64,000 nt of DNA from Octopus sinensis (lineage: Eukaryota): positions 98,456,001 to 98,520,000 of the forward strand of contig NC_042998.1 of assembly GCF_006345805.1 (NCBI RefSeq), read 5' to 3'. Of this stretch, positions 25,434-39,162 are shown in pieces. Numbering within the stretch: the stretch's first letter is position 1; each line of letters starts with the position of its first letter. A model generated the notes under the pieces. The model searched no databases. It saw only the letters and a program-made list of their open reading frames with translations, and was not told where the DNA came from. The translations under genes were made by a program, and so were the position numbers.

Positions 25434-25806
25434 AGGCGCAGGAGTGGCTGTGTGGTAAGTAGCTTGCTAACCAACCACACGTTTGCGGGTTCAGTCCCAC
25501 TGCGTGGCATCTTGGGCAAGTGTCTTCTGCTATAGCCCCCGGGCCGACCAATGCTTGTGAGTGGATTTGGTAGACGGAAACTGAAAGAAGCCTGTCGTAT
25601 ATATGTATATATGTATATTGTGTGTGTTTGTGTGTCTGTGGTTGTCCCCCTAGCATTGCTTGACAACCGATGCTGGTGTGTTTAGGTCCCCGTCACTTAG
25701 CGGTTCGGCAAAAAGAGACCGATAGAATAAGTACTAAGAGGTGGTGCTCCAGCATGGCCGCAGTCAAATGACTGAAACAAGTAAAAGAGTAAAAGAGTAA
25801 AAGAGT
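25434..25806 (+). mobile_element. Young SINE family A copy with a short internal deletion
   Basis: Intact tRNA-like head with CpGs preserved and a GTAAAAGA tandem tail. It lacks the segment between ATAAGTACT and GGTGGTGC that is present at 3470-3530. Confidence 0.95.
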
Positions 25807-25933
25807 ATATATATATATATATACATTAAATGATATATATATAGATATATATATATATATTACAGATATTAAATGATGATATATATAGACATCATCAAAT
25901 GATGATAAATACATGTGTATATATATATATATA

Positions 25934-25979
<46 letters not shown>

Positions 25980-25982
25980 TAT

Positions 25983-26140
25983 GTGCCATGTAAGAAAGCA
26001 CTCAGTCCACTCTGGTGATTGGTGTTAGAAGGGTATCCAGCCAAAAAACCCTGCCACAACAGACACGATATCTGGTGCAGGCTCCTGTCAAACCATTCAA
26101 CCCATACCAGCATGGAAGGGGAACATTAAATAATGATGAT
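25983..26140 (+). mobile_element. RTE-type 3' tail
   Basis: GAAGGGTATCCAGCC...AACCCATACCAGCATGGAAG...AATGATGAT. Confidence 0.75.
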
Positions 26141-26661
26141 ATATATGAGACATTAAGTGATGATGATGATGATGGTGATGATGATAAAAAACAGTGCATT
26201 TCAAACAAAAATATATCAAAAGAGTTAGATTATATTTTACTGCCAATGTTAGGTTGAAAATTTTATTGTTTCAATACACTTCTTCAATAGAGTAATGCAT
26301 ATTTTATCTAAGGCTGATGATTAAGAACATTCAGATGAACATTTACACTTCATAAAAATAAGAAAATAGTTTACTCACATTTCAGCAGGCTATATGGCTT
26401 AACTTTGTCAGGATTCACAATCAGGAACAGAAAGATAAATGTTAAAATAAGGATGGTCCCAACAACTAAAGTTGTTGTATCCTGTTTGTTAGCTAGTTAG
26501 TGTTGTATCTGACAACCTTTTGACTTTACTAAACATGACTTTTTAAATCAATTTCTCTGACCTCATAATTCATGCTCAAAGTTATGACTTCTTGCTTCTT
26601 TTTGACCTCATAACCAAATAAACTGTTGGATAACCTTCGAAGTGATTAACTTGCATTGTGG

Positions 26662-26995
26662 TCATTGGACTGCGGCCATGCTGGGGTACTACCTTGAAAG
26701 GTTTTAGTCAAACAAATCAACCCCAGTACTTAATTTTTTTTAAAGTCTGGTACTTATTCTGTCATTCCCTTTTGCCAAAGCACCAACATTGATTGTCAAG
26801 TAGCAGGGAGGGGTAGGACAAATGCAGACACACACACAGATATATACACACAAACACACATGACAAGTTTCCACACAGTTTCAATCTATCAAAATTACTC
26901 ACAGGGCACTGGCCAGCCCAAGGCTATAGTAGAAGACATTGGCTCAAGGTGTCATGAAGTTGGACATAACCCAAAACCACATGGTTGCAAAGCCA
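26662..26995 (-). mobile_element. SINE family A
   Basis: Reverse match from the tail GTCATTGGACTGCGGCCATGCTGG to the head. Confidence 0.8.
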
Positions 26996-27359
26996 TGCAA
27001 TGTTTTACAATAATCCTTGTCCTTCAAAAAAATTTTTGTTTCATTTTATTTATCATTTTTACATTTCCTTTTTGTATTTAGAAGATCCGAAGCACCTCAG
27101 GTATTCTCTTGGGTGTCTTTTTGAGTTGCTGTACCTTTAGCTGGTTCTACATATAAGTAATGATATCCTGTCGTTATAATACCATATTATTTTGAAATTC
27201 ATATTGCAGTGCAATAAATAGCTTATGGAAAAAAAAAAAAACCTGCACAAGCAAAACATTCCAATTAGATGTTATTGGGGAACTACATCAGCAACTTTAG
27301 TATATTAATTTCAGGCTGAGCTTGCTCATATTTCCAATTCTTAGAGAAAAACATCTGTA

Positions 27360-27554
27360 CCATATTTTCTGGCATTCAAGTAAACAGAGTATGTAAAGTA
27401 AACATGTAAACATTGTCACTATTTTCCCAAATCCTGCTGCATTTCCCACAGAAATTTTGGTTCTCCAAAGTTGTCTTGGTGTATAAGTCAACTGACCTTT
27501 TTTTGGCTGTAAAATTTGGTCTGAACAATTTGACTTGTATATCAGAAAATACAA
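27360..27554. mobile_element. Tc1/mariner-pogo-type MITE, second copy
   Basis: Colinear with 17898-18084, TA flanks. Confidence 0.8.
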
Positions 27555-27675
27555 TAATTGCTAGTCTTGTAGATATTAACAATGATTCACTTATGGATAT
27601 GATTGTCCTGGTCAACAGCATTAATATGTTTCTGTTTTCCAGCATTCTGTGAGTTTCACCATTGCTTATTGCTTA

Positions 27676-27989
27676 AATGTAAAGGTGTGTGGCTTAGTGG
27701 TTAGGGTACTCGGCTCATGATTGTAAGGTTGTGAGTTTTGATCCCCAGTAGCATATTGTGTCCTTGAGCAAGACATTTTATTTCATGTTGTTCCAGTACA
27801 CTCAGTTGGCAAAAATGGGTAATACCTGTATTTCAAAAATGGCCAGCCTTGTCACATTCTGTGTCACACTGAATTTCATTGAGAGCTACGTTAAGGGTAC
27901 TCAGCCACTTACATGTTAATTTCACAAGCAGGCTGTTCCATTGATCAGATCAACTGGAATACTCATTGTTGTAATCAACAGAGTGCCAG
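27676..27989 (+). mobile_element. SINE family B with 9-bp TSD
   Basis: TATTGCTTA at 27667-27675 and 27990-27998. Confidence 0.9.
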
Positions 27990-28240
27990 TATTGCTTAGA
28001 TGATTTCTTTGCTGAAGCTGTACAACTGTCATGCAATATTCTATTGTTTCTGATTGCAGTTATTATATAGTGTAATCCCTTGCTTTAGATCTACCAAGCT
28101 TGGTTATATCTACCTAAATAAAACTCTGACTGGTATAGTTCTTTGGATTGTAGGAATATACAAACCTCACAACTATCATAACAGTTAGAATCATTGATGA
28201 AGAACTAATAAATAATATAACAAAACAAAGTCATTTACAG

Positions 28241-28864
28241 CAGGGGTCCTCAATTGCTGGGCTGCAAACTGGTACCTGGCCAAGGATCCTTTGATACTGG
28301 GCTACACAGAAAGAATTTTCAAATTTTATTTCTATTTTATTGACTATCACAATCTGCAGGGTGCTTCTGCATTATTTATACATTATATATATGTGAGTGA
28401 AAGTGTGTGGCTTAGTGGTTAGGGTATTCAGCTCATGATTGTAAGGTTGTGAGTTCAATTCCTGATGATGCGTTGTGTCCTTGAGCAAGATACTTTATTT
28501 CACATTGTGCCAGTCCACTCAGCTGGCAAAAATGAGTAGTACCTGTATTTCAAAGGGCCAGCCTTGTCACTCTCTCTGTGTCACACTGAATCTCCCTGAG
28601 AACTACATTAAGGGCGTCTATTGGAGTGCTCAGCCACTTGCATGTTAATTTCACGAGCAAGCTGTTCCATTGATTGTATCAGCTAGGACCCTCATCATCG
28701 TAACCAATGGAGTGTTCCTTTTTTTTTATATATGTATCATATGCATAATAATTAAATTATATATTATGCACTTTGTGTTTAGTTATGTGTGTGATCCGTC
28801 AGTCAAAGGAAAAATTGTCTTGCATGGAACTGATCTGTATTGCCAAACAAACTGGGGACCATTG
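28241..28864. mobile_element. hAT MITE containing a nested SINE
   Basis: Termini CAGGGGTCCTCAA / CTGGGGACCATTG; perfect 8-bp TSD ATTTACAG (28233-28240, 28865-28872). Confidence 0.85.
28397..28718 (+). mobile_element. SINE family B nested in the hAT MITE
   Basis: Colinear with 17086-17398. Confidence 0.9.
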
Positions 28865-30020
28865 ATTTACAGAACATTAAAAGTAAAGTAGAAATGAAAA
28901 CAACAAAAATTCATTTATTTAATGTAAGAGTTTATTTTTTTAAAATTTATATTATTATTATTATTATTATTATACATGCTGTATAAGCAAATTATATACA
29001 CTGTACTAAATTCTATCAACAACGCAACTTAGCAGCTGCAGTAACATGCATAATATTTTATAGAATCTTATCACAATTGGGAACATTCTATTTCTATAGA
29101 ATTAACATGGTCAACAAAACAGCAGTAATTTTTGTTTCGTTTTTAGCCAATGTAATTTTTGCCATATATAAGGGTATGCTCAAATAAATAGCGACTGCCT
29201 GTATATAATGACCCTTGAGTTTCACATGATTATAGCAAATACACAAAATTACAGTATAAAGTCAAATATTGACATTAATAAATATATCATAAAAAAAAAC
29301 AAAAACAAAATAAAAAAACCTAGGTTAGTATAAAACAGTAAGTGGGAAGAAGGAAGGAGATTACTTAGAATTCATCAGGTTTCAACTGCTGTTAATAATT
29401 TACAAAACAGATTAAAAGATTAATGGTAGCAATCTGAATTTACCTCTTCCATTATAACACTTAAATGGTTAAAAACTTACAAACAAGTTGAATGTAAGCT
29501 AGATGTAAAAATTAAATAAAATCTTGATTTGAAAATAAATATTTGAATTAGTCAATGTGTACTTGTTTTTTGTGTTTTTAAGTAGCTAAACATACAAATT
29601 TAATAATTCTGTTAGTATATTTAGTTGTCAGAGTTGCTAAACATGATTCTAATGTAGATGAGTAAACATAAATATTCAGTAATACTTGATTCTTTAAAAG
29701 TTGCTTATTCTGGCATTGGTCACAAAGTCAACAACAGTGTTATGTATACGGAGTGCATATTTTTGAAATTTATCACCTACTCATATTCAACTAACTAGAT
29801 TTTGGCCTATTGAGATGGAGATGGTGAGTCTTCAGTAAAATGAAGGTGAAAAGTGAAATCTGCTAGGAAAATAAATCTTTTAGGGTTTTGACCCTTAATG
29901 GATTACTCTTTTCACCAGGATGCTATCTGGGGAACATGCATATATATATAGGTAATGAAAAATTATAGAGGTTAACTCTTTTCAAGAAACAATGTAGGGC
30001 TGAATTTATTGAGTGATTAG

Positions 30021-30440
30021 ATTAAAGTATTAATTTGAAAGAAACGAGTTCCAAGGTCAATAATACTCCTCATCAAAGCCGACACATATCTAAACACAGA
30101 AGGCATATATAAGCCATTATAAGTAAGCAAACACATGACAAAAAAAACATATATATATACATATAATAGTGTAATTCTGTACCCAAATCAAAGTCAGATA
30201 AGTAATTGCATAAATACATACAGATAAATTATGTATTTATCTGTATATATTTATGCAATGACTTACCTGACTTTGATTTGGGTATGGAATTGTACTATTA
30301 TATGTATATATATGTTTTTGTATGTTATGTGTTTGCATGCTTATACTGCTTATATATGCCCTCTGTGTTTAGATATGTGTTGGCTTTGATGAGGAGTATT
30401 ATTGACTTTGAAACTTGTTTTTTGAAATTAATACTTTAAT
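30021..30440. mobile_element. 420-bp foldback element
   Basis: ATTAAAGTATTAATTT... mirrors ...AAATTAATACTTTAAT along its full length, with the centre near 30230. Confidence 0.85.
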
Positions 30441-31471
30441 ATATATATATTTGCATCATTTATGTGACATGTTATTTTGTTTCTCCAATCTTCCAATGGT
30501 AGTTGAGATAAGTATTTTTGTTCAATGGTGAAGGTTCAAATCCAGTTACAGTTAGCATTCTACACTGTATTTATGAAAAAAAAAAAGGATTATCCAACCA
30601 TGTATTCATTTTCAATGTAAAACATTGGCAAGGACTCAAATCTAGTTAAAGTTAAGTATTCTAATTGTTACTTCTTTTCCCCATCATCTACAGGTATACA
30701 TTTTTATATCTTTATAACTCATCATTACAGCTACAGATCATGGACAATTATATTTATGTTAAGGGTATGTTTAAGATAAATTAAGTTCTTTGGAGCTTTA
30801 TATAAACAATAGGTCTACAGGAAAAACTGTAATGAAATAGAAGAGTGAATAGAGATATTTTTGTCCACTAAGCTGGAAATGTTCAGTTACATTTAAATGT
30901 TTTCACCTGAAGAGTTCATTAAACTTGGTGAGGTTTTACTCGGTAAGGATGAATTCATAATCTGTAGTGCAATAGATTCAACCATGTAGACAGGATTCCT
31001 ATCTGACTAACAGGCAAGAACAGAGAATAGTCAGAATATAGAATATTTATGTAGAGTATAGAATACTTTCTCTAGATTTAAATGTTCATCCATTGCTTTA
31101 TATTGAAAATTAATATATATGGTAGAGAAAGGGATATTTCCATAAATGTAATATAATGCTAAGTTTTACCTGGATTCAAACCTTCATCATATACTTTACA
31201 TTGATCCAAAAAGAAAATGAAAACATAAGGTATTCAACCAAATAGAAAATAATAAGAGGAGGAAAAAAAGTAACATGATACATAAATGATACAAAATAAG
31301 AAAAAAACTTTACAAATTATGAAAAAAGATCAGGCCTTGTTCTGAATTAGGAATTACATGTGTGAAGATGTTTATCACCATTTCTGACTTTAAAGAGACA
31401 TGCTGGTTGGAGTTGGGATCTCAGTTTGTAGTAGATAAATTCTGCTGCACAACTGTTGTTAGTTTTGTCCT

Positions 31472-31578
31472 TACTTAGCAAAATCTTCCCCAGAGAAAAA
31501 CATTTAAAAACAGTTCAAATTATATATATAATTTGAATTGTTTTTAAGTGTTTTCTCCGGGAAAGATTTTGCTAAGTA
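31472..31578. repeat. 107-bp palindrome
   Basis: TACTTAGCAAAATCTT...CAAATTATATATATAATTTG...AAGATTTTGCTAAGTA. Confidence 0.85.
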
Positions 31579-31590
31579 TATATATATCCA

Positions 31591-31771
31591 GAGAAAAAGG
31601 AGGCAGTTAGAATTTTGGATAATTCTTTATTAGCACTTCCATTCATTTAACCGAACTCTTCAAGACGAAAATTAAAACCAAAATGATTCATTTTTGTCTT
31701 GAAGAGTTAAGTTAAACAAATACAAGCACTAATAAAGAATTATCAAAAAGTCTGACTACCTCCTCTTTCTC
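31591..31771. mobile_element. Foldback element with decayed hammerhead-like motifs in both arms
   Basis: The arms mirror each other and share flanking sequence with 17409-17554. Confidence 0.8.
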
Positions 31772-33919
31772 AATATACAATATCTGTACACCACTTCAAA
31801 TACTCTATGCATATGCATACATATATATATATATATATATTATATCCATATTAAAAGTAACTGAATTTTCAAGAATTCAATGGATGTTCAAGGTATCAAG
31901 GTAAATATGATTTAATAAACTTGTTTAAATTTCTGAAAGATTGAATTAATTTAAAAATGAAGTTGATTCCAACCCTTTAATAGCCAGATAAAGGCCAGTT
32001 TTATTCAGAATATGTTGCAAGATATAACTAGAGAAACCCAGTACTTATATTTCATCTCTAATTTTACTTTTATAAAATATTATTAGAAAAATACAAATAG
32101 CAAAAAAATTTCCAATGAAAAAAATAATGAGATGGCAAGTATATTTAGTTATATGAATTAGTACAGATTACTTAATTATTAGATAAATCATTCTTTCAAT
32201 AAGTAATCTTAATACATATATCACACTCATAAATCAAAGTATTTTTTATGTATCTATTTAAACATTTAAATCTTTCTGCTGAATGTCAAGTTATGTATAA
32301 ACAATTAACATCCTATGAAAGTATTGAGGGTTTTTCTTTTGCAACTCAAACTTTTGCTAATATTTGTATAACTGCAATCATTATCAGATATCCTGTTAAT
32401 TCTGCTGTTTGTGGGGCATCAGTAAAAGCTCCTTTTTACATTGTTATTCTCCTTTATCTATTTACGAGGAAAAATGGAACTTAGAGTAAACAAAAGACTG
32501 CTCAATATTATAATGCTGTTGCTGATTAGTAGCAAGCTGACCCTACTCTGCAGTACCTAGTTACAGTTAGGTGAGATTCAGCCATTTTAGAGTTAAGTGT
32601 CCCAGCGACCAACATGGTATAATGATTATGACAGGTTGTAAAGTTGGTTGTCTATTTCATTTATTCATTTAGCCATCTGAACACTCATAACTGTAATAAT
32701 TAAGAAATATTAAAAACATTTAGAGCTAGGTAATAATTAATTTCATTAATATGGATTTTTAGTAGTATAATTCTATATGATGTATCAGTAGAAAGAATAA
32801 AGCATATTAATAATATGAAAGAATTTCTGAATGTTCAATGGGCATTGATAAAAAGATATTTTAGGTAAAATAAACTTAGGTGATTTCATAAACCTAAAGT
32901 TAAACAAATGGCTGACCTTATTTAACTACAAAGCAAAGCTTTAGATATGTAGTAGATGGTCCTTAATGAGTAAAAATGTTTCCCAGACAAAAACACAAAA
33001 CACAAAACAAAATAACCCCCCAGTCCAAAAGATGTAGCCAATGAGCAGCAATGAACAAAATAAGCATTTTATCAAAATTTAATTGGCTTGAAGACAAGGT
33101 AATTCATTAAATAACATTGTCGATATCAGAATTTAGTTCTTAGTTTTGCTTACATACAAAAATATACAAATGCATAGATGTATGCATGTATAACTTATCA
33201 TTACAGACTATTCATATCTTTTGTCATAAATGCTTTATGAATAGAAGATGATGTGCACAGGTTGGTTAAAAAGTTAACTTTGTTTTAAGCTAGTACAGGA
33301 TGTACTTTATAGGATTTCCCTGATAGAAAAAGAAAAAAACTATATTACATTCTGAGCTTGATTTTCTAATAAAAAAGCTGTTTTGGCTATACATAATTTT
33401 AATTTTTATAAGCCAAGAGTCTACAGTCAATTGAATTCATTTTGGAGGTATGAAAGACAAATGACACCTATTAGGATTTGAATTTAGAGATCTAAGACAT
33501 TAAATGAGATTCATATATTTAGACTGTATTCAAAAATGCAACAGCTGATAATGACTTCAAGGTGTCCTGTTAAACTTAAATTATGGATATAAACAAAATA
33601 TAAAAACCAAGGTAGATAGCATGGAGATAAGAGAATTTACTTCAGTTACAGATGACATGTCATTTGCTATGAACTTATCAATCTACCTTTGTCACCTCAT
33701 ATATAGTTAGTTGAGATGACTGACATCCAACATTTTTAATGACTAAATATACCAACAGAATAATTCCTGCATTTTACTCTCTAAACTCTGACTGAGTTAA
33801 AGGAAGGCATGGAGAGAATTAACAGATGTCATTGCCAAAAATATAGCAAAAGTGAATCCAAAGCCTCAGTTTTCAATACCACAACAGTAATAATAGTAGT
33901 AGTAGTAGTTGTTGTAGTA

Positions 33920-34105
33920 GTAGTAGTAATAATAATCTTTTCTATTATAGGCACAAGGCCTGAAGTTTTGGGGGAGGGGTCTAGTCGATTACATCAACCC
34001 CAGAATTTCACTGGTACTTAATTTATCGACCACAAAAGGATGAAAAGCAAACTTGATCTTGGTGGAATTTGAACTAAGAACACAGTGGCAGATGAAATAC
34101 CGCTA
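33920..34105 (-). mobile_element. SINE family C (OR2-like)
   Basis: Reverse match to 50543-50753; preceded by a (GTA)n/(AAT)n tract. Confidence 0.85.
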
Positions 34106-35139
34106 ACTGTAATAATAATAATAATAATAATGATGATAATAATTTGCTAGCTAATGTGTATGTACTATCTCATGGACTAGATCAGTGATTTAGTGCTATA
34201 GTGTAAACCTTTGAAGATGAAGCTTACAGATGATGCTTCTACAGTAGAGATGACAAAACCACTTTTATGAGATACAAAAAGAATAAAGGTGTTATTTAAA
34301 ATTTTGTAAAAATTTCTGAATTGCAAGAGACAAATACATATATTTTCTGGAAAAAAACTGACCCTTTTATCTTTCTAGCACAAAACTGGTAGGCTGATAA
34401 ACCAGCCCAGTCATCTCCTAAGAGTTAAGAAAATTCATACCATATATTTATAGATCAATAGCATAGAATATATATATATATATATATATTTATACATACA
34501 GGTATGATGATGCAAACAGGAAAAATAGAACTCAAATATTTGAGTAAATGTATACCAGCTATGGTCAGGGATTTAAACCCCAATTTTGATCAAAAATTCA
34601 AAATATATTATTCCCACCATGCTGTCATATTTTGAAATGGAAGATAGCTAATACAATTTTTTTTTCTATGTCTATGGTCTATTTGAATAAAAAAGAAGAA
34701 TATTTTTTACTATATTTAATAAAAAAATCAAATATTAATTGAATAGTAAAAATTCTGTAAATCATAAAATTTGACATTTTGTAAATTGATGCATTTTTTT
34801 CTTTACAACATTATATTAAGGTCACTATTAGAAATATATATATATTATAATAAAGAATATTTTGAAGTTGTTATATGCTGAGACTAAAATTTTGTTAATA
34901 TGTCAACTATTTCTACATGAATATTGGCGAGTCATTTTTTTTGTTACAAAAGACAAATTAATGTTTTAAATTACTGACTACTGTTAATGCCAATTCTGTA
35001 AATGAGTTTAAAACATAGTTCAAATAAGAGTTACAAAACTACTTTTCTTCCTATAATATTATTTTGCTTATGAAATGAACAACAAACTTCAGCTAATTTA
35101 TCTACCTCTCCATCTATTATTCATCACCACTATTATTAC

Positions 35140-35190
<51 letters not shown>

Positions 35191-36139
35191 TATTATTATT
35201 ATTATCATCATCTAAGTTTTTCATTATTGTCTATTTTTGATAAAACTATTATTATCCTAGTATTAATTAATACCTTTAGTAATTATTGTTATTATCATCA
35301 TACTCATCAGGCCAACATCATAAATGGTAGACCATATGTGTCTGAGAGAACAAAAATTAATGGCATAAAAATGTCAAAGTTCTCTAATCAGATAGCTATT
35401 TTTTTTTTGTTTTGTCCAAATAATGTGATTGAGGAAGTTTTGAAATATCTAATTTTTTTTTCTAAGCTCTTCTGCAATCCTGATTTATTTTCAATGACTA
35501 AAAAAAAAAAAGATGGAAACTTCCATAAAAACAAGAAAAAAAAAAAGATGCACTTTTATGCCAAATACTATACCAAAAATAAAACAAAAATATAAACTAT
35601 TACTGAATAGCTTTCAGAATAACAAATTGAAAATTGATAAATAGCTTGAGACAAAGTTCTATAGAATAGAGTGTTTAAGAAATGTATTAGTCAACAGTTT
35701 CATATAAAGCTGACAACATCTGTGGATTTAGTTATTGTCCTCTTTTTGGTGCTTATTTTATTCTAAGGTTTAGTTAATTGAGAAATAATACTTTATATTC
35801 TAACTCTAGCTTCTCCCTTTCTTACCATAGTGCACCTGGCTATCTTAATTCAATTGTCCCTATCATTCTCTCTCACCCTCCTAACTTAATGCACAAAACC
35901 TTATGCTAGAAAACCAGTTGTAAGTTAATCCTTTGCTCCATCTAAATCGTAAACAAACTAAAATTTGTTTATCTAAATTGCAGTGAATTAACTTAATCCT
36001 ATGCTTACAATTTATTTTTCCTGAACACAACTAAGGTCTCTCTCTCTCTCTCTCCCTCTCATGCTAATTACTTCCATCTATCTTATGGCTCATTCCAATT
36101 AAGATCTTACTACCCAGAATTCAATATTAATTGATAAGC

Positions 36140-36305
36140 ATAGGTATGACTTTGTGGCTAAGAAATTCATTTCGGAACCACATGATTAGAAGTTCTGTCC
36201 CACTAAATAAGCACTCATGGTTGGTGTCCTCCACTAAAGCCACAGATTGACCAATATCTTGAGTGTGAAATTTGTAGATGAAAACTGAAAGAAACCTGTA
36301 ATATA
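36140..36305 (-). mobile_element. Degenerate SINE family A head
   Basis: GAACCACATG...GTCCCACT...ACTGAAAGAAACCTG-type segments. Confidence 0.6.
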
Positions 36306-38866
36306 TATGGCTATATGTGTGTGTATGTGTGAATAAGTTCGTAATTCCCCTCATTTTTACATGGGTGTGCACTAATTGGAAACAAAAGCCTCATCATTCA
36401 TGCAGACAGTGTCATTTTTTTGCAATCCACTGTATGAAAGTATTTCCAGACTTGTTGGCCTGTTTTGACTTGTTGGGCACTGATTGTAAACAAAGGCCTC
36501 ACTGTTTATGCAAAAAGTGTTGTTTGTTTACAATTCTCTACAAAAAAAAAACCCCCAAAAACATAATGCTTAAATGCTTGTTGTTCAATAGACGGGGGAT
36601 TATAATTTTGCTTGGAAACAGGTGAGAATTGGTGTCAGGAAGATCATCTAGCTGTAGAAAACTGTCAATAGTTTTGTATGCAAGTTAACATTAAAATGAT
36701 GATGATAATGATAATGTTTATAGGCTCATTTATCTACAAATGATACAGTAGAGATTAGGAGATCATAAACTAATCCCTTCAACCCAACATTATCAGGGTT
36801 GGCCAAGGAAAATCACCCATGTCACTAACAACACAGCTTTGTAGAAGTGAGACATTTTTAGCACACACACGCACACAAACATATATATGCTTGGCTATTA
36901 GTTTTGTTGTCACCACTACAACCAACATGTAACTTTTATTGTTATTAATGTGTAACTAATAACAATAATATTAATGCTTATAATTAGTATATGTCAGCAT
37001 ATTGCATTTTATATTCTTTTCATATTTCTTTAAACTTTTTAATTGAACTGATGATTCGCCCTAGCTGTACAACTTATGACAACAAATGTTATTATATTTG
37101 TAAACTATCTTTCTAAATGTCTTTCTTAGGATGGGCTGGTATATATTTATTATCTATAAGCGTGATAATATCTACAGATATGATAAACTGGGATACAGAA
37201 ATTATAGTTAAGCTACTCAATCTTACTTTACGGTGTTTGAAAGCAGAGCTAATATTCAGTGTCAAACTGGCAGGGAGTCTCTATTTCTATACTGCTATAT
37301 CTATATTTTATCTAAAGCCAAATTCTTTCTGCAATTGGTAATGAGGTGAGAGGGAAACAACTAACAAATACACAAGGCTTTTAAATAAAGTGATTTATAT
37401 TAGAGAAGAGTTATATTTTAAAACTTGCTATGTGAAATCAGAAGCTACATATATTTCATAATTGGTAATTACAAATTTCTTTGTTCTTCATCCATATATA
37501 ATAAATATACTTTCACTTCTTGTAAATCATGAAGAATTTGAAATTTGCTGTAAAGGTTTGAATTCAAAATTACTTTTAAAACAAATGCACCTTTCTTTCA
37601 ATTGTAATGATATATACATATATAATTCCATTATTATGATATGTATATTATACAATTATATTTCAATAGAATTCAGTTGTCCAATACCATAGGTTTTGTG
37701 CAAATATATTTGCAGATAATCAATCAGGGTTTGATAGCAACTCTAGTACTTTAACAATCAAAAGTCACCAATCTAAACTCTGACTGAATAATTGTGAATA
37801 TGTTCACATGAAATCTATGGAATGGGTTGTTGAATTCTGTTTAAATATAATTATTTATTCCCCTAAACAGTATTGAGAACTCATTCCTCCAGTTCATTGC
37901 TAGCATAATGTGTATAACTATTGATCAATTAATCATTCTATCTATCTCTCTATACATGTAGGAGGGAAGAAAGATATAATTGTTTTTAAAGCAATACTGA
38001 AATCAAACCTTACACATGTATACACACACATATGTATGTATTCACACATGTTTATGTGTGAATTAATAAAATACTAACTATATGAATAAAAACCTAACTA
38101 TATGAATTGTATACATACTAATATTTGCTTACATCTTTGTTTTATTTTTGGTGAAGTAAATTTATCTTAATTTATACTACAAAGAAATTTTAGAAAATAT
38201 TTTTGAATAGTTAAAATTATAAAACTGTATTTTTTTGAAAGAAAAGATGCCAGAAGATTTAAAGATCAACAAGTATATACATTTGAAAAGACAAGATAAA
38301 TATTATTTATATGTGAAATGTAAACAGACTACTATGAGTATTTGCTAAAAGGTAGTGTAAATATATTTAATAAAATCTCATCATAATGCCATTTCTACAA
38401 CACAAACAAGTTGTAATTAAGTAATGTTGATTTTAAAAAATAGGATCAGCTTGTCTATAAACAGATTAAAGTTAAACTTTACATGTGTGCGTGTTTATTT
38501 CAATGGCTATTCACACAATGATAAATGTGGCCATTACATCCCACAAAATAGTGAATTAGAAGTGAAGAAACTATCGTAAATTACAAAATATTTTTCTTTA
38601 CCTAACAGAAATGACAAAATTTAAAAATCAAAAGGAAATAATAAATTTCAAAGCAATTTCAGCACAATCTCATATTTATAAAGAAATATAACTACTATTG
38701 GTTAAGAGAGATGATTGGCACCTTTCACTTAGAATATCTTTTCCATAGCCTGATAGAATAAATAAAAAAAAATTATGTCCTTATCCTATGAAATCTTACT
38801 ATAGTAAAGGAAGGCCTGGAAGGGTTTAACAAATATTATTGCTAGATATGTACTGCAAGCCAATCC

Positions 38867-38898
<32 letters not shown>

Positions 38899-38909
38899 TA
38901 ATAATAATA

Positions 38910-39129
38910 ATTCCTTCTAGTTTTGGTACAAGGCTAACAATTTCGAGGGGAATGGTTTAGTCGATACCATTGCCCCAGTACTTGACTGGTACTTTATTTT
39001 ATTGACCTCAAAAGTATGAAAAACAAAGTTGGCCTTGGTAGGATTTGAATGCAGAATGTAAAGAGCCAGAATAAATACTACAAAGCATTTTTTCTGAAGC
39101 TCAAACGGTTCTACCAGCCTACCATCCTA

Positions 39130-39162
<33 letters not shown>

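Noticed and set aside
35227-35595. 122-aa ORF
   Set aside because: AT-rich low-complexity sequence with poly-A lysine runs and no splice or homology support.
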